DNA of 64,000 nucleotides from Candidatus Enterousia sp. (GTDB lineage Bacteria; Pseudomonadota; Alphaproteobacteria; Rs-D84): NCBI GenBank assembly GCA_045613445.1, contig JAZLAZ010000012.1, positions 7,519 to 71,518 of the forward strand, read 5' to 3'. Shown piece by piece: positions 58,209 to 64,000 of this stretch (position 1 is its first letter; each line of letters starts with the position of its first letter). The notes under the pieces were generated by a model. It saw only the letters and a program-made list of their open reading frames with translations, ran no database searches and was not told where the DNA came from. The position numbers and the translations under genes were made by a program.

Positions 58209-59846
58209 TTATTCAAATAGCAACGGCAGTATACTGTCTAAAATTTTACCAGTCACAGGCACAGCATTCCAGGCAGCCGTACGCCATCCCCAAGATTCTT
58301 TCGTTCCCTGCGGTTCATCTAATACCACTAGTACAGTATACTGTGGTGCATCCGCGGGGAACACACCAACAAAGGCTGTAACATTTCGTTTTGTATCGAT
58401 TTTGCCATTGGTATATTTTTCTGCTGTTGCTGTTTTTCCTGCGATTTTCACACCTGCAACACGTGCTTTTTTACCACTTGTTTCTTCAGCAACACGCAAC
58501 ATAATTGGACGTAATTTTGCGGAAATTTCATCTGCCAATACCCGTTCGCCATGAACAACACCGATACTTCTTTTCTGCAATGTTGGATAAATATATATAC
58601 CACCATTTGTTACTGCATTTACACCCAACATTAAATGCATTGGAGTTACAGCATACCCCTGACCATACGCCACAGTTGCACGTTCCACTGGCCCCCATTT
58701 TCGTTGAGGCAAAGAATTCTCTGTACGGCCAAATTCAAGTTCTAAGGCCTTATCCATATGTAATCTTTCAAAAAATTCTTTCTGTGCACCATCTGGCAAT
58801 TCCAATGCAATTTGTGCACTGCCGACATTGCACGAATGCACCATAATTTCTTCCACATTGATACTTGGGCGTGGCGGTTTGAAACTACGAATATCTGTAA
58901 TTTTTTTTGCTATTTTTCCATTTTTATCGTATATCGGAAATGGTTTTGCAACATAATATTCTTTTTTAGAATCAATACCATTTTCCAGTGCCAATGCCGT
59001 ATTAAATATCTTAAATATAGACCCAAGCTCATATACACTACGCATTGGTTTGAACAGCCGGTTAGAAATCGGATCAGCACGCAAATTTTCCGGATCAAAA
59101 TCAGGCAAAGATACCATTGCAATAATTTCACCTGTACGCGAATCCATCAACATTCCCATTGCAGCCCGTGTTTGATACTTTTGCATTGCGACAGATAACT
59201 GTTCATAAAACACCGACTGAATTCGCGAATCAACAGATAATCGCAATGGGTCTTTATTTTCTGTTAAATAGTCATCATACACACGCTCTGCACCTTCTAA
59301 CCCGCGACCATCTTCACCAACAAATCCTACGACATGCGAAAACAATCTGCGTTTTGGATACTTTCTTGTTTGTACTTTTTCAATTTCCAAACCTTCTAAA
59401 CGCGCTTGTTGAACAATCTGTCGTTGATGATCGCTGGCATATTTTTTTAATCTAATAAATCGTTTTGGGGAATTGACTAATTCGATTGCCTGTGACAAAG
59501 AATATTCATATGGCAACGCTTGATGAATTGTTTGTGCCACCAAATCCCTATCTTGTTCACGCACAGCACGATTTCGCAAAATAATATGTCCAGATTCAAC
59601 ATTTTTTGCCAATATATCACCATTTCTATCGACAATATCTGCGCGTTGAACCAACCATTCATTATCAACACCAGACAATCTTGATCTGTCTGTGCCTTGA
59701 ATTCCCAATTGCAAAGTACGCCCTGCAAAAACGATCAAAGCCAATAAAAACAGTCTGTAAATAATTTTCAATCTGCCCCGTGTTGTCACATCACTGTGTC
59801 CAACAGAAAAACCATATTTCAAAACATCTTTGCCGACTTCAAACAT
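58209..59846 (-). CDS. ftsI: Class B penicillin-binding transpeptidase FtsI
   Basis: N-terminal TM, RADIVDRNG, YELGSIFK (SxxK), SCN, KTAT, AAWNA; downstream of ftsL. Confidence 0.88.
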   Translation of the reverse strand: MFEVGKDVLKYGFSVGHSDVTTRGRLKIIYRLFLLALIVFAGRTLQLGIQGTDRSRLSGVDNEWLVQRADIVDRNGDILAKNVESGHIILRNRAVREQDRDLVAQTIHQALPYEYSLSQAIELVNSPKRFIRLKKYASDHQRQIVQQARLEGLEIEKVQTRKYPKRRLFSHVVGFVGEDGRGLEGAERVYDDYLTENKDPLRLSVDSRIQSVFYEQLSVAMQKYQTRAAMGMLMDSRTGEIIAMVSLPDFDPENLRADPISNRLFKPMRSVYELGSIFKIFNTALALENGIDSKKEYYVAKPFPIYDKNGKIAKKITDIRSFKPPRPSINVEEIMVHSCNVGSAQIALELPDGAQKEFFERLHMDKALELEFGRTENSLPQRKWGPVERATVAYGQGYAVTPMHLMLGVNAVTNGGIYIYPTLQKRSIGVVHGERVLADEISAKLRPIMLRVAEETSGKKARVAGVKIAGKTATAEKYTNGKIDTKRNVTAFVGVFPADAPQYTVLVVLDEPQGTKESWGWRTAAWNAVPVTGKILDSILPLLFE

Positions 59847-60139
59847 TATTTATCAACCCTATCTGGTAAATTATCGATTTCAACAGATTTGTTAAAACTG
59901 ACAACTTCTGACTTTGGTTCAATCATAATAACCATATTGCGTAAATTTTCAGGACTAACCAACGATGCGTACCTTGCTTCTGTAACAGCGACCTGTTGTT
60001 GAGTTTTAACGATATCGCGTCTGATTTGATTTATTTGTCTGTTTTGTGTACGAAAAGCCACCTGCAAAATAACAGATAAAAACAGTGCAACCCATACAGC
60101 AAACACACCTATTTGAAACATCTTTTCATCATCAGTCAT
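59846..60139 (-). CDS. ftsL: Cell division protein FtsL-like
   Basis: Single TM plus coiled coil ending LVSPENL; abuts ftsI. Confidence 0.65.
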   Translation of the reverse strand: MTDDEKMFQIGVFAVWVALFLSVILQVAFRTQNRQINQIRRDIVKTQQQVAVTEARYASLVSPENLRNMVIMIEPKSEVVSFNKSVEIDNLPDRVDK

Positions 60140-60174
60140 TCCCACCCCCAACAACATATTGTTGTTTTATTGTA

Positions 60175-60537
60175 TCATAAATTATGTAAAAAACGAACCA
60201 TAGAATTCAGCCCATTTAATCTGCCTGCCCCCAGATTCAAATTCAGGCTTTGAAATTCAGCCAATATGTCAATTTGTTTAATTTCATCCGGTGTTTTACC
60301 ATCAACCATCGCGATTATTATTGCCACGATACCGCGCACAATTGCTGAATCAGCACGCGCAAAAAAACGATTATTCAACCGACAAATCTCTATAAACGAT
60401 GTACACCCAACAATCTCGCTGCACGACGCATTTTCTGGTACAGGTTCTAGTGTTTTACCAAACTCCATCAATATTTCTAATTTTTCTACAGGGCTTTCTA
60501 TTAAACCTAATGCAGATTTTATTTCACTGTACTTCAT
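60175..60537 (-). CDS. sufE: SufE-family sulfur acceptor
   Basis: EIVGCTS, ADSAIVRG, GAGRLNG. Start placed at ATG 60537. Confidence 0.85.
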   Translation of the reverse strand: MKYSEIKSALGLIESPVEKLEILMEFGKTLEPVPENASCSEIVGCTSFIEICRLNNRFFARADSAIVRGIVAIIIAMVDGKTPDEIKQIDILAEFQSLNLNLGAGRLNGLNSMVRFLHNL

Positions 60538-60539
60538 AT

Positions 60540-60854
60540 TTACCACCCCTGATTTGTTAAATCTAATTCTAAACGCGCAGCATCCGACATTCGCGACAAA
60601 TCCCATGGTGGATCCCACACCAAATCAACGCGTACTGGCACACCCCCTGTAACAGATTGAACACCTTCACGAACCTGTGCCAACAATTCTTCCATCATTG
60701 GGCAAGTTGGGCTGGTAAAAGTCATCTTTAACACAACCAAATCAGATGAAATATCAATATCGTAAATCAATCCCATATCCCAGATATTCACGGGTATTTC
60801 TGGGTCATATATTTTTTTTAATACGCCAATAATATCTTGTTTTGAAAAATTCAT
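60540..60854 (-). CDS. DUF59/SufT-family Fe-S assembly protein
   Basis: YDPEIPVNIWDMGLIY, TSPTCP, LVWDPPW. Confidence 0.9.
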   Translation of the reverse strand: MNFSKQDIIGVLKKIYDPEIPVNIWDMGLIYDIDISSDLVVLKMTFTSPTCPMMEELLAQVREGVQSVTGGVPVRVDLVWDPPWDLSRMSDAARLELDLTNQGW

Positions 60855-61939
60855 TTTATTATTTCTTTTATATATTCAATTACCTGTTTTACTTCGTCAA
60901 ATGTATTATAGGCACCAACAGAAATTCTGATACTGCCATCCAGATTCAACAAATCATGAATCCACGATGCACACATATTACCAACACGCACACATACATT
61001 ACGCGCCCCAATCAACATTCCGAAATCCAACACATGCATTCCATCAATTACAAAAGACAACAGTGCCGAATCGCGAAATGATATAATTTTCACCCTATCA
61101 ATTTTCATCAATTCGTCATACATATATTTAATCAAATTCAAATCGGGTCGGTTTATTTTTATATTTTTGATTGCGGGAATCAATCCTGCAATTTGCGTCA
61201 ATGGTAATGTACCTGCTTCGAATAAATCTGGTGCAGCATTAAAAACAATTTTATTACCAACAATTTTATTGACCATTCCGCCACCAAAACTAACAGGTCT
61301 AAACGCATCTGGTTCTTTTATATACATTATCCCAATTCCAGTATCTGCCCCGATTTTATGTCCAGAAAAACACAAAAAGTCACAACCAAATTTTTTAACA
61401 TCAATATCGCTGTGTACGACAGATTGTGCGGCATCCACAACAGTTATAACATTTGGATTTTTTATTTTTGCGCATCTAATTATTTGTTCAACATTTTGTT
61501 GCACACCAATAACATTAGACATCGCTGTTATAACAAACACATCTGCATATGGTATATTATTTAAATCCAAATTTAATTTATCATCCAGCGGACAAGCAAT
61601 CATTTTGGCCCCAGACATTTCAAACGGCAATCTGGCACTGTGATGATCAAGATCAGATACTGCGACCACATTTCTTGAATTTAGCTGTAACATATTTGCA
61701 ATCTTATTTATTGCATCTGTTGTACCCGATGTAAAGACAATCTGATTCGAACATGCGCCAATAAAATCAGCAACTGCCCCCCTTGCATTTTGCACCATAT
61801 CATCAACATGCATTGCACGCTTACAAATTCCGCGTCCAGCATTTGCATATCCATTTGTTAAAAATTCAACTTCTGCCTTTATTACATCATTATTTTTTTG
61901 GTAACTTGCAGCAGCGTCTAAGTATATGATTTTATTCAT
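60851..61939 (-). CDS. sufS: Cysteine desulfurase (group II, SufS-like)
   Basis: YLDAAAS, HHS, DAAQ, FSGHK, EAGT, RVGNMCA, RIS. Confidence 0.85.
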   Translation of the reverse strand: MNKIIYLDAAASYQKNNDVIKAEVEFLTNGYANAGRGICKRAMHVDDMVQNARGAVADFIGACSNQIVFTSGTTDAINKIANMLQLNSRNVVAVSDLDHHSARLPFEMSGAKMIACPLDDKLNLDLNNIPYADVFVITAMSNVIGVQQNVEQIIRCAKIKNPNVITVVDAAQSVVHSDIDVKKFGCDFLCFSGHKIGADTGIGIMYIKEPDAFRPVSFGGGMVNKIVGNKIVFNAAPDLFEAGTLPLTQIAGLIPAIKNIKINRPDLNLIKYMYDELMKIDRVKIISFRDSALLSFVIDGMHVLDFGMLIGARNVCVRVGNMCASWIHDLLNLDGSIRISVGAYNTFDEVKQVIEYIKEIIK

Positions 61940-62013
61940 TTATGATTTCTCTTGCATTTTGTGTTGATTATAATACACTCGCTTAGAATATCAATAAAAG
62001 AAGGAGAAAAAAG

Positions 62014-62337
62014 ATGGCTTTGGAACACGCAAATGACACAACAATCGACACACTGATCGGCAATGGCATTACATTGGTTGATTTTTGGGCAACATGGTGC
62101 GGCCCATGCCGTATGTTTGGCCCAATATTCGAAGCAACATCTGCAAAGCACCCAGAAGTAACATTCATCAAATTTGAAATTGACGAAGCTAACCGACGCA
62201 CACCGGTAAAATATGGCATTCGCAGTATTCCAAGTGTACTTGCATTCAAAAACGGTGAATTGGTCGAAGCACGTACAGGGCTAATGGATGAAGACACATT
62301 GACAGACTGGATAAATGAATTAAAAGGGGCACAATAA
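62014..62337 (+). CDS. trxA: Thioredoxin
   Basis: DFWATWCGPC, IRSIP. Confidence 0.93.
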   Translation: MALEHANDTTIDTLIGNGITLVDFWATWCGPCRMFGPIFEATSAKHPEVTFIKFEIDEANRRTPVKYGIRSIPSVLAFKNGELVEARTGLMDEDTLTDWINELKGAQ

Positions 62338-62765
62338 TGGCAAATCAAGACTACAAGACCATCGAATTACCTGCCAAATATATACCAAAAAAATCAGAAC
62401 CATACATGTGTCCTGAACAGTTGGCATATTTTTATAACATTTTGAACACGCAAAAAGAAGAATTGATAAGTGACAGCGATTCTGTGCTAAGTGCTGTTCG
62501 TATGGCAGAAAAGACAGAAAGTGTTGGTGTTGGTGACGAATCGGATAACGCATCATATAACCAAGACATAACAATGGATTTGCGTATGTCAGAACGAAAT
62601 AATAAATTGTTACAAAAAATCAACGCTGCCTTGGCCAGAATGGAAAGTGGCGAATATGGTTACAGTGTTATATCTGGCGACGAAATTGGTTTGAAACGCA
62701 TGATGGCACGACCATTGGCCACCATGACAGTAGAAGAACAAGAAGAATACGAAAACCGTAGATAA
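62337..62765 (+). CDS. dksA: DksA/TraR family regulator, zinc-finger cysteines absent
   Basis: YMCPEQLAYF, coiled-coil tip DESDNA (DxxDxA), KINAALARM..GEYGY, RMMARP. Confidence 0.85.
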   Translation: MANQDYKTIELPAKYIPKKSEPYMCPEQLAYFYNILNTQKEELISDSDSVLSAVRMAEKTESVGVGDESDNASYNQDITMDLRMSERNNKLLQKINAALARMESGEYGYSVISGDEIGLKRMMARPLATMTVEEQEEYENRR

Positions 62766-62791
62766 AAAACCGGCATTTGCCGGTTTTTTTT
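62764..62791 (+). terminator. Intrinsic terminator
   Basis: AAAAAA-CCGGC-ATTT-GCCGG-T tract. Confidence 0.85.
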
Positions 62792-62816
62792 ATTTATCTC
62801 TCACGATATGCACAAC

Positions 62817-62845
62817 TTGACAAACATTGTTTTTTGTAATATAAT
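62817..62845 (+). promoter_or_regulatory. Consensus sigma70 promoter
   Basis: Perfect TTGACA-N17-TATAAT upstream of the 62879 ORF. Confidence 0.8.
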
Positions 62846-62878
62846 TCCGCACATTAACTAAAACAAAAGTATATTAGT

Positions 62879-63118
62879 ATGAGTACAGAAAACAAAAAGA
62901 ATCTATTTAACCCCAGAGAGCTTATATATATTGTATATAACGGTATGGCCACAGCTGGAATCGTCAACAATACAAATCAACTTATTGATAAAGGTTATGA
63001 TCGTGAAACCCTTATCATTTTATTAATGTGGCTTACTGGATTCGCTTATTCTGCACAGCGTTTATATCAAATATACAAAACTCAAAAAGAACATAATGAT
63101 AATCAAAAACAACGATAA
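62879..63118 (+). CDS. Small hypothetical membrane protein
   Basis: 79 aa with its own consensus promoter and terminator; ends QKQR. Confidence 0.7.
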   Translation: MSTENKKNLFNPRELIYIVYNGMATAGIVNNTNQLIDKGYDRETLIILLMWLTGFAYSAQRLYQIYKTQKEHNDNQKQR

Positions 63119-63144
63119 AAAATCCCACCATTCGGTGGTTTTTT

Positions 63145-63351
63145 TTATTTCTTTTTTGTAACCTTTTTAGCGGGCGCTTTTGTAACAGTTGTCTTTTTTA
63201 CAGGCTGTTTTTCCTGTTTTATCTCTTTCTTAAAGACATTCAAACCATCTGCTAAATTTTTCATCATGCCTGGAATCTTGTTTGAACCGAACAAGACAAC
63301 AACCAGAACAACGATTACTAATATTTCTGCCCATCCAAAACGACCAAACAT
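63145..63351 (-). CDS. tatA: Twin-arginine translocase TatA
   Basis: MFGRFGWAEILVIVVLVVVLFGSNKIP...LADGLNVFKK. Confidence 0.9.
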   Translation of the reverse strand: MFGRFGWAEILVIVVLVVVLFGSNKIPGMMKNLADGLNVFKKEIKQEKQPVKKTTVTKAPAKKVTKKK

Positions 63352-63367
63352 TATAATCACCTTTTTA

Positions 63368-64000
63368 TTATTTTGTTACATAACAATCTAAACCATCAGC
63401 CTTGGCGTTACGGCAAAAACCGTTCGCATCAGAAGAGGTATTAAATCCGACACGCAATCTGTATGTTGTTGTACCATTTTTCAACTGCGCTGCCAACACA
63501 ACAAATTGTTTACCACTAAACAAACTTTGATGTCCGTTTCTAATTTTTGTTTGTGCAGCTTCTGCCAATGCACGCGTGCTATATGAACCGAACTGCACAT
63601 ACCAACTAGACACAGGGGCAACCTGTTTTGGCTGTGGTTTTGGCTGTGGTTTTGGCTGTGGTTTCGACTGTGGTTTCGACACAGGCTTTGGCTGTACAGC
63701 CTTGGCAGGTTCAAATTTTACTTCTTTTCTGTCCTCAACAACACGCACAGGAATTGAAGATTCTGGCTGTGCCTGAACAACAGGTACTGGCTGTGGCATT
63801 GGTTGTTCCACAGTTTTCTGTACCTGTACCGGTTTTGGCGCAGGCATAATATTCATATCCATATCAACAGGTGCATTCCCTGCATCCATTGTTACAACAG
63901 GCGCATCTAAATCAACTTCAATAGATGAAGAAGAATCGCCACCAATTGAACGAATAATCACATAAGATGCCAACACAATTATTACCACCCCCAAAGACAA
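63368..64000 (-). CDS. SPOR-domain membrane-anchored protein (5'-truncated by the window edge)
   Basis: TM, Pro/Gln-rich linker, SPOR domain WYVQFGSY...YRLRVG...ANGFC...DCYV. Confidence 0.85.
   Translation of the reverse strand: MSLGVVIIVLASYVIIRSIGGDSSSSIEVDLDAPVVTMDAGNAPVDMDMNIMPAPKPVQVQKTVEQPMPQPVPVVQAQPESSIPVRVVEDRKEVKFEPAKAVQPKPVSKPQSKPQPKPQPKPQPKQVAPVSSWYVQFGSYSTRALAEAAQTKIRNGHQSLFSGKQFVVLAAQLKNGTTTYRLRVGFNTSSDANGFCRNAKADGLDCYVTK
63627..63698. repeat. 12-bp tandem repeat (KPQP/KPQS linker)
   Basis: TTTGGCTGTGGT x3 followed by three degenerate units. Confidence 0.85.

Noticed and set aside
58209-59846. FtsI KTG motif reads KTA
   Set aside because: SxxK and SxN are intact, and a single Gly-to-Ala change is too little to call altered function without homolog comparison.

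Overview
A 64-kb, AT-rich chromosomal segment from a small-genome Gram-negative alphaproteobacterium. The lineage is inferred from the ParE, DksA, TolB, Pal and Tat sequence types; the compact layout recalls uncultured gut lineages such as Rs-D84/'Ca. Enterousia', which I could not verify. Most of it is housekeeping: fabF-acpP, lepA, rbfA, pal, ftsEX, plsC, tolB, fba, efp, ppa, dnaN, uvrC, pgsA, dnaJ, parE, sufBC, ruvX, gatCAB, miaB, tatABC, lolA, recJ, ftsI/ftsL, sufS/T/E, trxA, dksA and three tRNAs (Pro-CGG, Phe-GAA, Lys-CTT). I see no intact prophage, IS element, CRISPR array or rRNA. Orphan ORFs are interleaved among these genes. The main unexplained signals are: (1) ten unrelated orphan or accessory proteins that end in the same [KR]-x-[KR]-stop tail, in a window that also has a stand-alone VirB2-like pilin and type IVb pilus genes, suggesting a possible C-terminal export signal; (2) a 40-nt intergenic hairpin present twice, 12 kb apart, with five compensatory base-pair changes and a conserved core; (3) a P4-type integrase homolog that has lost its catalytic residues and sits inside a housekeeping operon; (4) a ~206-nt promoter-driven rod-like RNA, a 6S RNA candidate; (5) a repeated CxGCxxxC...C domain; and (6) a cluster of secreted fibre-like proteins next to a small beta-barrel. 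All family calls come from motif recognition by eye, not from database searches.
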